Source: an uncultured bacterium (lineage in GTDB: Bacteria > Cyanobacteriota > Vampirovibrionia > Gastranaerophilales > Gastranaerophilaceae). From it: a DNA stretch of 61,597 bases. The DNA lies in NCBI GenBank assembly GCA_902767275.1, contig CACXGY010000006.1, forward strand, positions 1 to 61,597, read 5' to 3'. Positions 48,971 through 58,848 of this stretch are shown piece after piece. Each line of letters starts with the position of its first letter. Positions within the stretch are counted from its first letter, which is position 1. Made by a program: the position numbers and the translations under genes. Under the pieces are notes generated by a model. That model made no database searches. It was not told the origin of the DNA and was given only the letters and a program-made list of their open reading frames with translations.

Positions 48971-49414
48971 TTAAATAATTGTCATATTATTATGAGCGAT
49001 ACCGAGCAACAATCTAAAGGTCATTTTTTCTTCTTCGCTCATTCCTTCTTGTAATTGGTTGTCAGTTGCTTCAAATATCAAATCCATTTCTTGAACAATT
49101 TGTTTTGCTTTATCAGTAAGCATAAGTTCTTTTCTTCTTGCATCTTTTGAAGAATCAAATCTTTCTATAAACCCGTTTTTCTCAAGACTGTGCATTAAAC
49201 TTGTAACAGAAGAACCTTTAAGATTAAGAAACTCCTCTAAATCTTTTCTTTTTACATTCTTTTGACCTCGTATATTATGCTTTGATAAATACATCAAAAT
49301 TCTTGCTTGTTGATTTGACAAGCCGTACATATTAAGACATCTGTCCTGCATATTAGCCATCAGATGTGCTATATTCCTTATAAAATAACTGCAAGAAGTT
49401 TCTTCGTCTTTCAT
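48971..49414 (-). CDS. MarR-family transcriptional regulator
   Basis: LSNQQARILMYLSKH ... LKGSSVTSLMHSLEKNGFIER ... DARRKEL is typical of a MarR wHTH. Confidence 0.85.
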   Translation of the reverse strand: MKDEETSCSYFIRNIAHLMANMQDRCLNMYGLSNQQARILMYLSKHNIRGQKNVKRKDLEEFLNLKGSSVTSLMHSLEKNGFIERFDSSKDARRKELMLTDKAKQIVQEMDLIFEATDNQLQEGMSEEEKMTFRLLLGIAHNNMTII

Positions 49415-49440
49415 TTATCTTCCGTTTCGGTTTGTGTATA

Positions 49441-49458
49441 ATCCATTTTATAATGGAT
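49441..49458. promoter_or_regulatory. 18-bp palindrome upstream of marR (candidate MarR operator)
   Basis: ATCCATT (49441-49447) and AATGGAT (49452-49458) are exact reverse complements with a 4-nt spacer. Lies 27 nt upstream of the marR start. Confidence 0.4.
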
Positions 49459-49731
49459 AAGAGTATTTCGTCAAATGAAATTAAAAATTATTCATAAATT
49501 ATTATTTTATAAAAAACTATAGTAAATTATAAGTAAATTGAAGAACTTACTGTTTAACTTTTTTATTATCCCGAACCTTTTTATTTTTACCTTTATAACT
49601 TTTAAAAAGGAAATCATACTAATATTAACTTTTGTAAACATGTTTAAAAAAAAACGGACAAAATAGTCAATTCTTAAGAAAAAAAAGACTTTTTATAAAT
49701 AAGTGTGTAATTTAATAGGTTACTTAGTAGT

Positions 49732-50595
49732 ATGGTAGAAGTTAGAAATAATGTAAATATTAATTCATCAAATGCAGCACAAAACAGTGCAGCACTTGAA
49801 TCAAGATTTGCAGAAGTTAAAAACAAACAAGGCTTCTTAGGTACTATTTGGAACGAAGTAAAAGAAGCAACAAACACAGGTGTTAGTGAATCAGATTGCG
49901 AAAGCATGTTGCTTAAATATAAAAAAGGCGAAGTTTCTTTTGATGAAGCAATTGAATATATAAATTCTTATGAACAAAAACAAGACAGTATGTCTGATTT
50001 AGGAGCAAATATTATAACCGGTATTGGTGCAATCGCATTAGCAACAGCAGCAGCAGGTTCAGGTCCAATCGGTTGGGCATTTGCTTTAGCAAAAGGTGCT
50101 CCTATCGGTGCTGCTATCAAATCTCTCGTTAAATTTGTTGACAGAGCAACTAACAATACTAAAAATGATGAATTTGATATGAAACAAATTGCAAAAGATG
50201 CAATCTCAGGTGCTGTAACAGGTACAGCAAGTGCAGTTTCATCAGGGGTCGGAATCGGAATTAAAGCAGGTAAAATTGGCGTTTCTGTATCAAACGGAAT
50301 CAAATGCGGTGCTGAATGCGGTGCTATTGCAGGGGCTACAAGTTATATTACAGATACTGCTTTAGATAAAGATAAATATTTCAATATTCAAGATTTAGTA
50401 AAAAATACTGCTGTTTCCACTTTCGTTTCAGGAACAGTCGGCGGTGTTGTAGGTGCAGGTATGTACGGTTTATCAAGCAATGTCGGTAAAGAAACTTCTA
50501 AAACTTTAACAAGAACAATCGTTGATGATTCAACTGCAAGTTCTTCAAGAAAAGTTTTAGGCGAAGCAGAAAGAAGTGCAATGGCTATTGCTTAA
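49732..50595 (+). CDS. hypothetical Gly/Ala-rich (glycine-zipper-like) membrane-active protein
   Basis: Long GxxxG/A-type stretches (GIGAIALATAAAGSGPIGWAFALAKGAPIGAAI; GTASAVSSGVGIGIKAGKIGV; GTVGGVVGAGMYG). No signal peptide. Confidence 0.6.
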   Translation: MVEVRNNVNINSSNAAQNSAALESRFAEVKNKQGFLGTIWNEVKEATNTGVSESDCESMLLKYKKGEVSFDEAIEYINSYEQKQDSMSDLGANIITGIGAIALATAAAGSGPIGWAFALAKGAPIGAAIKSLVKFVDRATNNTKNDEFDMKQIAKDAISGAVTGTASAVSSGVGIGIKAGKIGVSVSNGIKCGAECGAIAGATSYITDTALDKDKYFNIQDLVKNTAVSTFVSGTVGGVVGAGMYGLSSNVGKETSKTLTRTIVDDSTASSSRKVLGEAERSAMAIA

Positions 50596-51761
50596 TTATT
50601 CGAACGAAGTTGAGAGATAAAATGATTTAACCTTTCCATCGCAAGTTTTAGTTTGTCGATGGAATATGCATACGAAATCCTTAAAAACCCTTCTCCGCTA
50701 TTGCCAAATGCTGTACCGGGTACGGCAGCAACGCGTTCTTCTTCGAGAAATCTTGTTGCAAATTCCTCACTTGTCATTCCAAATTCTTTTATACAAGGGA
50801 ACACATAAAATGCCCCGTAAGGCTCAAAACATTCCAAACCCATTTCTTTAAAAGATTTCAATAAAAATCTGCGTCTTTGGTTATATGATTCCCTCATCAT
50901 ATCAACGTCTTTATCCCCGTTTTTTAATGCATCTATTGCTGCATATTGGCTTATTGTAGGAGCACACATAATTGCATATTGATGAATTTTTGTCATTTGT
51001 TTAATGATTTCTTTCGGGGCACAAGCATAACCTAATCTCCAACCGGTCATTGCATAAGATTTTGAGAATCCATTGATTAGTATGGTTCTTTCTTTCATTC
51101 CGTCAATTCCTGCTATTGAAAAATGTGTACCTTTATAAGTCAGTTCACTGTATATTTCATCCGACATAACCATAATATCTTTTTCAATAACTACTTTTGC
51201 AATCGCTTCAAGGTCATTTTTACTCATTATTGCACCGGTAGGATTATTAGGATACGGTAAAATTAAAACTTTTGTTTTGTCGGTTATTGAAGATTTCAAT
51301 TCTTCAGGTGTTAATCTAAACTCGTTTTCTGCTTTCAAATCAATAACTACAGGATTCCCGCCTGCAAGAATTGTACACGGTTCATACGAAACATACGACG
51401 GTTGAGGAATAATCACTTCATCTTGAGGATTCAAAATTGCTCTTAATCCGATATCTATTGCTTCTGAACCGCCGACAGTTACTAATACTTCTGTATTCGG
51501 ATTATAATTCAATCCTTGACGCCTATTCAAATAATTACATATTTCAACACGCAAATCTTTTAAGCCTGAATTAGAGGTATAAAAAGTTCGTCCTTTTTCA
51601 AAAGCATATATACCCTCATCACGAATATGCCATGGAGTTTCAAAATCAGGTTCTCCGACTCCCAATGAAATAACATCTTTCATTTCACTGACTAAATCAA
51701 AAAATCTTCTTATCCCTGACGGTTTTATATTGATTATTTTATCAGAGAGAAAATTTCTCAT
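50592..51761 (-). CDS. class I PLP-dependent aminotransferase (AlaT/AspC-like)
   Basis: SKSYAMTGWRLGY (PLP lysine) and PNNPTG. 4-nt ATGA overlap with the upstream Lrp gene. Confidence 0.88.
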   Translation of the reverse strand: MRNFLSDKIINIKPSGIRRFFDLVSEMKDVISLGVGEPDFETPWHIRDEGIYAFEKGRTFYTSNSGLKDLRVEICNYLNRRQGLNYNPNTEVLVTVGGSEAIDIGLRAILNPQDEVIIPQPSYVSYEPCTILAGGNPVVIDLKAENEFRLTPEELKSSITDKTKVLILPYPNNPTGAIMSKNDLEAIAKVVIEKDIMVMSDEIYSELTYKGTHFSIAGIDGMKERTILINGFSKSYAMTGWRLGYACAPKEIIKQMTKIHQYAIMCAPTISQYAAIDALKNGDKDVDMMRESYNQRRRFLLKSFKEMGLECFEPYGAFYVFPCIKEFGMTSEEFATRFLEEERVAAVPGTAFGNSGEGFLRISYAYSIDKLKLAMERLNHFISQLRSNN

Positions 51762-52240
51762 GGAGTTATAACCTCTCTTTTATCTTCGTGTTTTTTATTC
51801 AAAATAGTTCCGTGATCTTTATATTTTTTAAGAATAAAGTGTGTTGCAGTACTTAAAACGCTTTCCAGCGTTGAAAGTTTGTCTGACACAAAACCTGAGA
51901 TTTCTTTCAACGATTTTTCTTCTATGGTTACGAGCAAATCGTATCCGCCGGAAATCAAGTATACAGAGCGAACTTCAGGATAGTTATATATTCTCTCGGC
52001 AATCCTGTCAAAACCTTGTCCTCTTTGCGGAGTTACTCTGACCTCAATCAAAGCAGTTACTTTTTCTAATGAGGTCTTTTCCCAGTCAATAAGAGTATGA
52101 TATCCGCAAATAATATTTTCTGTTTCCATTGCTGCTATTTCGTTTGCTATTTCAATTTCTTCAACTCCTAAACGTGCAGCAAGTTCTTTCATATCTATTC
52201 TGCTATTTTTTTCTATTATTGATAATAATTCTTCTCTCAT
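51758..52240 (-). CDS. Lrp/AsnC-family transcriptional regulator
   Basis: N-terminal HTH (IIEKNSRIDMKELAARLGVEE) plus a C-terminal RAM-like domain. The pairing resembles B. subtilis alaR-alaT. Confidence 0.85.
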   Translation of the reverse strand: MREELLSIIEKNSRIDMKELAARLGVEEIEIANEIAAMETENIICGYHTLIDWEKTSLEKVTALIEVRVTPQRGQGFDRIAERIYNYPEVRSVYLISGGYDLLVTIEEKSLKEISGFVSDKLSTLESVLSTATHFILKKYKDHGTILNKKHEDKREVITP

Positions 52241-52276
52241 CAGTTTTCCTCTTTTTTGAAATAGATTATATTTCTA

Positions 52277-54367
52277 TTACATAATAACACACTTATTATA
52301 AACAATACTAATAAAATCTTTGATATCTTCTCCGAGAGCGACACAAAATTCGGAATTGTTATAACCTAATTGTTGAAGATGTTTAACTTCAATAGGCGGG
52401 CCTGCCGGTGTAGTGCGTGCAGGATTTTTAGGGTTTGAAATCACTCCTGTTGCCCTAAGAATAGGGATGTGCAACTCATTTTTATATACTTCATATTGAG
52501 TTATTCCATTTGTTATGATGCTTACTCCGTTAGCACATACTCCCCTTTGCATAGGGGCATTGTTTGCTCTGACCTCTTTTCCTTTTTCTTTCGGAAGATT
52601 CTTTCTGACATCGTATTCTGAGTTAAATTCTCGTTCTATAATATTCCCGAAATCTTCAGATTTAGTTTGAACTACAGGTTTTAGAGTATCAATAACAAAT
52701 TCTAACAAGTGATTTTCTTTTGTATTGTCCCAATTCAGATTAAAGCGAAGAAATGGAGAGTTTTTATCAAGGCTGACTTCTACATCAAGAATATCACCAA
52801 TATCAATTTTTATTCCTAACACAGAACGGGTTTTACCTTCTGTGATTATACTTGACGATAATATTTTACCGACAATTCCTTTGTCTGTTTCTTCGTATCC
52901 TGTGTTATAACTATCGCCGTTATCTTTATAATCAACAAATTTACAAACTTTATTTCCTATAATGATATCTCCGTTTTCGACTTGTAAAAATATGTTTGAG
53001 TTTCCTATACAGTTATCGGTAATAAAAACATCTGTCTGCGTATCATCAATTGAGATATCGTGCAATCCGCAAGGGGCAGACTTAATCGGAACACAATATG
53101 TATAAATATTTGTATAATCTTCTGTTATCGGAATTTTTTGAGTATCCGCTAAAAGATTTGAAGGAAAACCTTTTTCAGTCTTTATAATTTGATACGGATA
53201 TTCTTTTTCAGACTTGAATTCAAGTGTTCCGTTGAATTGCTTGTCAGAAAGATTTAAAATCTTAGTATTATTAAATTGATTCTTAAATTTTAATTCTTCA
53301 ATAATATTCTCGGATATCTGCAGTATTTTTTTGTATCTTGATATATTTTCAAAATGAACATCATCCGTTGAACACCCGCAAATACTATCATGTGCTTGAT
53401 TTTTGAGGAGCAGTTTATATGCATACTCAATTAAGTTAGAATATTCCTTTTCATATCCCAGTTCAATAACGGCATCTTGTGCAATTTTTAATTTATAACT
53501 TGCCTCAATATTATATTTTTTTATATCTAATCTTGAGGAATAACAACCTTCTAAAATAAATGTTGTTGAATTATCTCGTAATTCTCCTGAAATTTTGTAT
53601 TTTGAAAAACGATCTTGTACATAATCAATATAATCAAAAATTGAGCCTAAATTGATTTCATAATTATCCAGAAGTTTATTTATTTCATTAATTTGCTGAG
53701 TCAGACTTGTTTCAACTCCAAGATGATCCGCCCCAATCGGTAAAAGTAATATATCGCCTGATTTTTCTGATATTTTATCTAAATTATTTTTCAAAAATTC
53801 TGCTTTTTTTTCAATACTCCAAGGTGCAGAAAATACGTCATTAAAATATCCACGAACGAGATTTATTGTTTTTATAGATGTATTATTGTATTCCCATTCA
53901 AATTCAGCCGGAACATCTCCAACACCTCTCCATACAATAGCAGTATTTATATCAAACTCTTTTAATATTGGGATTGTTGATGCACTATGACCAAAAGTAT
54001 CAGCAAAATATCCGACATAATCAGAACAACCGAAATACTTTGAGATTTTTATTCCTATTTCAAGATTTTTTCTAAAACAATTCTCATCAGTCAAAAACTC
54101 ATCTGCAAGACAATAAAACGGTCCTATAAAAAGTTTTTTATCTTTAATAAATTGTTTTATTTGAGATTCTTTCTCCGGTCTAATTTTAAGATAATCAAGT
54201 AATGCAACTGTCTGACCGTCAAAATAGAAAGACGGAATAAGATTTTTGTCAAGCATATCAAGGACATTGTCAAATGCTCGTAATAACCTCATTCTAAAAA
54301 TTTCAAACTCTCTATACCATTCTCTGTCCCAATGAAAATGGACATAACCGATAACTTTTTTCTTCAT
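52277..54367 (-). CDS. glycoside hydrolase family 38 (alpha-mannosidase / mannosylglycerate hydrolase-like)
   Basis: N-terminal HFHWDREWY, then GADH and NQAHDSICG motifs. Confidence 0.85.
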   Translation of the reverse strand: MKKKVIGYVHFHWDREWYREFEIFRMRLLRAFDNVLDMLDKNLIPSFYFDGQTVALLDYLKIRPEKESQIKQFIKDKKLFIGPFYCLADEFLTDENCFRKNLEIGIKISKYFGCSDYVGYFADTFGHSASTIPILKEFDINTAIVWRGVGDVPAEFEWEYNNTSIKTINLVRGYFNDVFSAPWSIEKKAEFLKNNLDKISEKSGDILLLPIGADHLGVETSLTQQINEINKLLDNYEINLGSIFDYIDYVQDRFSKYKISGELRDNSTTFILEGCYSSRLDIKKYNIEASYKLKIAQDAVIELGYEKEYSNLIEYAYKLLLKNQAHDSICGCSTDDVHFENISRYKKILQISENIIEELKFKNQFNNTKILNLSDKQFNGTLEFKSEKEYPYQIIKTEKGFPSNLLADTQKIPITEDYTNIYTYCVPIKSAPCGLHDISIDDTQTDVFITDNCIGNSNIFLQVENGDIIIGNKVCKFVDYKDNGDSYNTGYEETDKGIVGKILSSSIITEGKTRSVLGIKIDIGDILDVEVSLDKNSPFLRFNLNWDNTKENHLLEFVIDTLKPVVQTKSEDFGNIIEREFNSEYDVRKNLPKEKGKEVRANNAPMQRGVCANGVSIITNGITQYEVYKNELHIPILRATGVISNPKNPARTTPAGPPIEVKHLQQLGYNNSEFCVALGEDIKDFISIVYNKCVIM

Positions 54368-54412
54368 AATTAAGTCTATTTTATCAAAATTTGCAGGGTG
54401 TGTCTATAAATT

Positions 54413-55330
54413 TTACTTGTTTGGTTTTAAAATTTGCAAGTTTCTTGTTTCAGAAAGAGTTTTTCTGGCATCGCATAAAATTTTTCTGTTTTCATCAGAC
54501 AAACTCATACTGTTACACAATCTGTCAATAAATCCGTTATTTAATTTAACAGCCTTTTCAAAAGAGCCTAATTCTTCAAGAACACCTTTAACTTCAGATA
54601 GTTTATACCCGAAGGAACGTTTGGATTGGTAAACCATAGTATCACCGTTTTCCGCAGTAATAGGTTCTCCGCCCATTTCAAAATGGAGTTTAAATATTGA
54701 TTTCAAATCTTGAAGTTCAGCCTGCATTGTAGTAACACTTTGTTGTATTCTTAAAAATCTTTCGAATAAGTAATCAATATTGTCTAATTGTTTAACTTGC
54801 CAGTCATATTTTTGTAGATAAAGTTTTTTCAGTTTCGGATAAGCAAGTGCAAGCCCCATTGTATCATCCATCGCTCTATGATGATTTTCCATAGTTACAT
54901 TAAATTTTTCTGTTAAAGCAACAAGTCCGTGTGATTCTAAATCAGGACAGATTTCTTTGAACATTTGCTGAGAATCAATTCTTTCATTTTCGAATTTCTT
55001 TTTAAAAACTCGCTTATATGCTTCGTTAAGAAAAGAATGGTCAAAAATAGCATTGTGTGCAACTATAGGATATTCCCCAATAAACTCTTTTATAGCAGGT
55101 AAAATTTCTGCTTCGGTAGGAGCATCCGCAACCATATCTTGAGTAATACCGTGTACTGCAATACTTGATTTTCTGATGTGTTGTTCAGGATTTATAAGAG
55201 TTTGAAAAGAATCTTTGATTTTGCCGTTTTCTAATCTAACAGCGGCAAATTCAATAATTTTTTCTTTTGTATAATCTAAACCTGTCGTTTCGGTATCAAG
55301 TACAATTTCAATAACTTTTTTTCTTGGCAT
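54413..55330 (-). CDS. DnaQ-like 3'-5' exonuclease with an uncharacterised C-terminal domain of about 130 aa
   Basis: ExoI DTETTG directly after M at 55330, ExoII HNAIFD, ExoIII HRAMDD. The ORF-track extension to 55570 overlaps trxA antisense and is rejected. Confidence 0.85.
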   Translation of the reverse strand: MPRKKVIEIVLDTETTGLDYTKEKIIEFAAVRLENGKIKDSFQTLINPEQHIRKSSIAVHGITQDMVADAPTEAEILPAIKEFIGEYPIVAHNAIFDHSFLNEAYKRVFKKKFENERIDSQQMFKEICPDLESHGLVALTEKFNVTMENHHRAMDDTMGLALAYPKLKKLYLQKYDWQVKQLDNIDYLFERFLRIQQSVTTMQAELQDLKSIFKLHFEMGGEPITAENGDTMVYQSKRSFGYKLSEVKGVLEELGSFEKAVKLNNGFIDRLCNSMSLSDENRKILCDARKTLSETRNLQILKPNK

Positions 55331-55416
55331 AATCTTAACTCTCCATAAGAATAATAGCACAAAAAATAAAGATATGCTATTATGATGATGAGTTTTAGAT
55401 AAAAAGGAGAAAACCG

Positions 55417-55734
55417 ATGCCAATTGATGTAACAGAACAAACATTTGAAAAAGAAGTTTTAAAATCAAATACTCCTGTAGTGGTTGATTTTGGAGCAAAA
55501 TGGTGCGGACCTTGCAGAAAACTTGCTCCAGTATTAGAGGAGATTGAAAAAGAACTTGATAACAAAGCAAAAATTGTAAAAATTGATGCGGATGAAAACA
55601 GAGAAATATTGAAGCAATATTCTGTTAGCGGACTGCCTAGCCTGCTTGTTTTTAAAGAAGGCGAACCTGTTGAGAGAATGGTTGGTTTAGTTCCGAAATC
55701 AACAATAATTGCCAATATAGAAAAATATTTGTAA
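55417..55734 (+). CDS. trxA: thioredoxin
   Basis: WCGPC active site. 105 aa. AAGGAG RBS. Confidence 0.93.
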   Translation: MPIDVTEQTFEKEVLKSNTPVVVDFGAKWCGPCRKLAPVLEEIEKELDNKAKIVKIDADENREILKQYSVSGLPSLLVFKEGEPVERMVGLVPKSTIIANIEKYL

Positions 55735-55759
55735 AATAGTATGTCAGTGAAAAAGAATT

Positions 55760-57040
55760 ATGATTGTTAAGGCAGGGTTATTGATAGGTTTAATATTAAC
55801 CGGTTCGGCAGGTGTTTATTTACATCGCCGAAATAATACTCTGCGAAAAAAAGTAAAAAAAATAACAGACTACCTTGGAGATATGGATGCTATTGCTAAT
55901 TCTGTTCGTTACGGCAATTTGTCAGTTCGTGCGGAATCTTATTCATATAAGGAAACCGGTAAACTGACTGATAGTATCAACAGAATGATTGAAACTCTGA
56001 ATGATAGAGAAAAAATGATTACCGAGTATCAATCGGAACTGACAAAGAAAAATAATTTTTTAGGCACATTATTGGATTCACTATCTGACGGAATATTGGT
56101 TTGTGATGAGAAAATGGTAATACTTGATGCAAATGCTAATATAAAAAAATGGTTGAACACAAAAAAGATAGAAAAATTGAAACTTGAAGATTTTATTATT
56201 GTTCCGGAAGATAAAGATATTGAAGAATTAGACAATGATGAAGTGTTTTTAAAAGGAATAAAAGACGAGTTTTATAAAGCAAGCACCCGAAAATTAGATA
56301 CAAAGGAACATAACGGGAAATATATGATAGTGATATCCAATTATACTAATCAAAAAGAAATTGAATCGCTAAAAGAAGACTTCGTAGCGACTTTAACACA
56401 TGATTTAAAAGTTCCTATTATCGCAGAGTCAAATATGTTGGAATTTTTCTTAAAAGGAAAGTTTGGAGAATTAGACGAAAAACAAATAGAAGCATTGAAT
56501 ACAATGAAGTCTTCTAACAATGAATTGTTAGAGTTAGTGCAAACAGTTCTTGACACATATAAAGTAAAAGAAGGAGAAATAGATTTAACCATTGAAAAAA
56601 TATCAGTAAAAAATTTGTTAGAAGATATAGCAGATGAGTTAAATTCAATTGCTCAGAAGTCCAATAACAGGCTTGTTGTAAATGTAAAGACTGATTTTGA
56701 AATAAATATTGATTACTTACAATTCAAACGAGTAATGAAAAACCTCGTCAATAATGCTATTTTATATGGTAAACCTGATACAAATATAGATATCTCTGCG
56801 AAGCAAAAAGGAGAGTATGCATATCTTTCAGTAAAAGATTACGGAAAAGGGATAGCAAAAGAAGACATTGATAAAATATTCAATAAATATTTTTCAGCAC
56901 ATAAAAAATTTAGAAAAATAGGAACAGGTTTAGGTTTATATTTATCTCAAAAGTTAGTAAAAGCCCATAACGGTACGCTGGATGTAACCAGCAAAGAAGG
57001 AGAATGGTCTGAGTTTGTTATAAAACTTCCTTTGAAATAA
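55760..57040 (+). CDS. sensor histidine kinase (TM-HAMP-PAS-HisKA-HATPase), no adjacent response regulator
   Basis: H-box ATLTHDLKVP, N-box NLVNNAILYG, G1 DYGKGI, G2 GTGLGLYL. Confidence 0.88.
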   Translation: MIVKAGLLIGLILTGSAGVYLHRRNNTLRKKVKKITDYLGDMDAIANSVRYGNLSVRAESYSYKETGKLTDSINRMIETLNDREKMITEYQSELTKKNNFLGTLLDSLSDGILVCDEKMVILDANANIKKWLNTKKIEKLKLEDFIIVPEDKDIEELDNDEVFLKGIKDEFYKASTRKLDTKEHNGKYMIVISNYTNQKEIESLKEDFVATLTHDLKVPIIAESNMLEFFLKGKFGELDEKQIEALNTMKSSNNELLELVQTVLDTYKVKEGEIDLTIEKISVKNLLEDIADELNSIAQKSNNRLVVNVKTDFEINIDYLQFKRVMKNLVNNAILYGKPDTNIDISAKQKGEYAYLSVKDYGKGIAKEDIDKIFNKYFSAHKKFRKIGTGLGLYLSQKLVKAHNGTLDVTSKEGEWSEFVIKLPLK

Positions 57041-57614
57041 ATTCTAACATTTTTTCAAGAGCATGTCCTCTGTGAGATATAGAATTTTTACCTTCTTCAG
57101 ACATTTCAGCGAGGGTAATATTATATCCGTCAGGCAGAAAAATCGGATCATACCCAAAACCGTTAGTTCCTTTTCTTTCGTATATTATTTGACCATGACA
57201 TTCGCCTTTCGTTGAATGAATAATCTCGCCTGTTTCGTTAACCAGTGTCATGGAACAAACAAATTTTGCTTTTCTGTTATTCACTCCTTCAAGTTCGGAA
57301 AGAACACGCTTAATCTTAGCCTCTTGAGTTCCGGCATATCTGGCGGAGAATAATCCCGGAGCACCGTTGAGGGCATCAATACATAGTCCTGAATCATCTG
57401 CTAATGTTATTTTCCCTGATAGTTTTGCACCTTCTTTTGCTTTAATATACGAATTTTCTTCAAAGGTTGAGCCGTTTTCAATCGGATTAAACTCTTTAGG
57501 TGCAGGAATAAATTGAATGTTATCATATCCTAACGAAGTAACAATCGTATTTATTTCAAAAACCTTATGTTCATTGCCTGTTCCCAGTGTAATTTCTATT
57601 TTTTTCTTTTCCAT
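57018..57614 (-). CDS. rdgB: dITP/XTP pyrophosphatase (RdgB/HAM1)
   Basis: LGTGNEHKVFEI, SARYAG, FGYDPIF, SHRGHAL. ATG at 57614. The 3' end overlaps the kinase gene by 23 nt. Confidence 0.9.
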   Translation of the reverse strand: MEKKKIEITLGTGNEHKVFEINTIVTSLGYDNIQFIPAPKEFNPIENGSTFEENSYIKAKEGAKLSGKITLADDSGLCIDALNGAPGLFSARYAGTQEAKIKRVLSELEGVNNRKAKFVCSMTLVNETGEIIHSTKGECHGQIIYERKGTNGFGYDPIFLPDGYNITLAEMSEEGKNSISHRGHALEKMLEFISKEVL

Positions 57615-57746
57615 TTTTATTTTTCCGTTTCTAAAATGTAACATTTATATTAAGATTTTATCAAAAACTTTTTTCATGTGTTTTATTTTGATATAATAGA
57701 AAAAATTTAACTATTCAAAAAAGTTTGAAAAGGATTAAAAACAACT

Positions 57747-58613
57747 ATGACTAAATATGACACTGAAACAATAGTAATTAATGACCAACTAATAAAGAAT
57801 ACTTATTCAACAATACCGACAACAAAACAAGAAAGAATGGAGCATGACCTGTTTTATATATTTGAAACAGAAATGAAATCTTCCGATTCGATTATTTTAG
57901 GATATAAACCTGAAGTAATAAAGAGAATAGCAGCATTTTTGTCAGGTAAAATTAAACGTTCGGCATCAATCGGTATAGCAGGAGAGACTGCAAGCGGAAA
58001 ATCGACAATAACGCTGGATATTATAGAAACGATTAATGCGTTTGCAACAGAGTATGATTCAACAGACATTATTACTCGTGTAAACACTGATGATTATTAT
58101 TACGACAGATCTGATATGGTTAAAGCAGCCGGCAGTTTTGCGGAATTTGCTAAAAACTATGATTTGGATGTCCCTCAGGCATTGGAATTAGAATTGATGT
58201 CTGAACATATTAAACAATTACTTTCAGGCAATGAAGTATATCTTCCAAAATATGACATGAGCGGTACCGCTATCCGATATGATAATCATACACTTGCTAA
58301 ACCTTCAAGAGTTATTCTCTCAGAAGGTTTATTTACGTTAACGGATAAAGTAAAAAGTGCGTTTGATTTCAAAATATACGTTGATATTCGTGAACATATC
58401 CAAAAAGAAAGATTTTATATCAGAGCAGAAGAAAGAGGACTTGGTTCATCGGCTGATTCTATATATAACAATGCTAATGAAAAAGCAAAAATATATATCA
58501 GACCTTGTAAAGAACACGCTGATATTATTCTTTCGGGAGAATCAGACAGAGCAAGATACAAACATTTTCTTAACAAAATTATTGCAATTGTACAAAGAGA
58601 ATATTTTTCATAA
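57747..58613 (+). CDS. uridine kinase / phosphoribulokinase-family P-loop kinase with about 80-aa N-terminal extension
   Basis: P-loop IGIAGETASGKST, with DDYYYDRS downstream. 288 aa. Confidence 0.75.
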   Translation: MTKYDTETIVINDQLIKNTYSTIPTTKQERMEHDLFYIFETEMKSSDSIILGYKPEVIKRIAAFLSGKIKRSASIGIAGETASGKSTITLDIIETINAFATEYDSTDIITRVNTDDYYYDRSDMVKAAGSFAEFAKNYDLDVPQALELELMSEHIKQLLSGNEVYLPKYDMSGTAIRYDNHTLAKPSRVILSEGLFTLTDKVKSAFDFKIYVDIREHIQKERFYIRAEERGLGSSADSIYNNANEKAKIYIRPCKEHADIILSGESDRARYKHFLNKIIAIVQREYFS

Positions 58614-58793
58614 TCAGACGGTAATGTAAACTTAAATTTTCCGGATATTATCTGTTGTATTATATAGCAGAGTATTTTGTGTTTAATTAAATTATGAAAT
58701 AATGATTTTATAAAAAAAATCATTATAGTATTAAGTAAATATAGTTAACCCTGACATTTCTCGACTAAACAGATGAAAAAAATGATTACTAAA

Positions 58794-58821
58794 TAAAGAA
58801 AGTAACATATTATGCCGAAGA
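58794..58821 (+). promoter_or_regulatory. sigma28 (FliA)-like promoter candidate
   Basis: TAAA (58794-58797), 16 nt, GCCGAAGA (58814-58821), against the consensus TAAA-N15-GCCGATAA. Lies 28 nt upstream of the FliK-like GTG. Confidence 0.35.
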
Positions 58822-58848
58822 AACAGTAAAAATCAGGAGCCCCAGAGA

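Noticed and set aside
55331-55570. 80-aa N-terminal extension of the exonuclease ORF in the six-frame track (54413..55570)
   Set aside because: The extension is hydrophobic low-complexity sequence running antisense through the trxA start region. The ExoI motif DTETTG follows directly after the internal M at 55330, so the start there is preferred.
57018-57040. 23-nt convergent overlap of the histidine kinase and rdgB 3' ends (and the 14-nt overlap at 41803-41816) as a regulatory antisense feature
   Set aside because: Short 3'-end overlaps are common in compact genomes. Nothing else suggests function.
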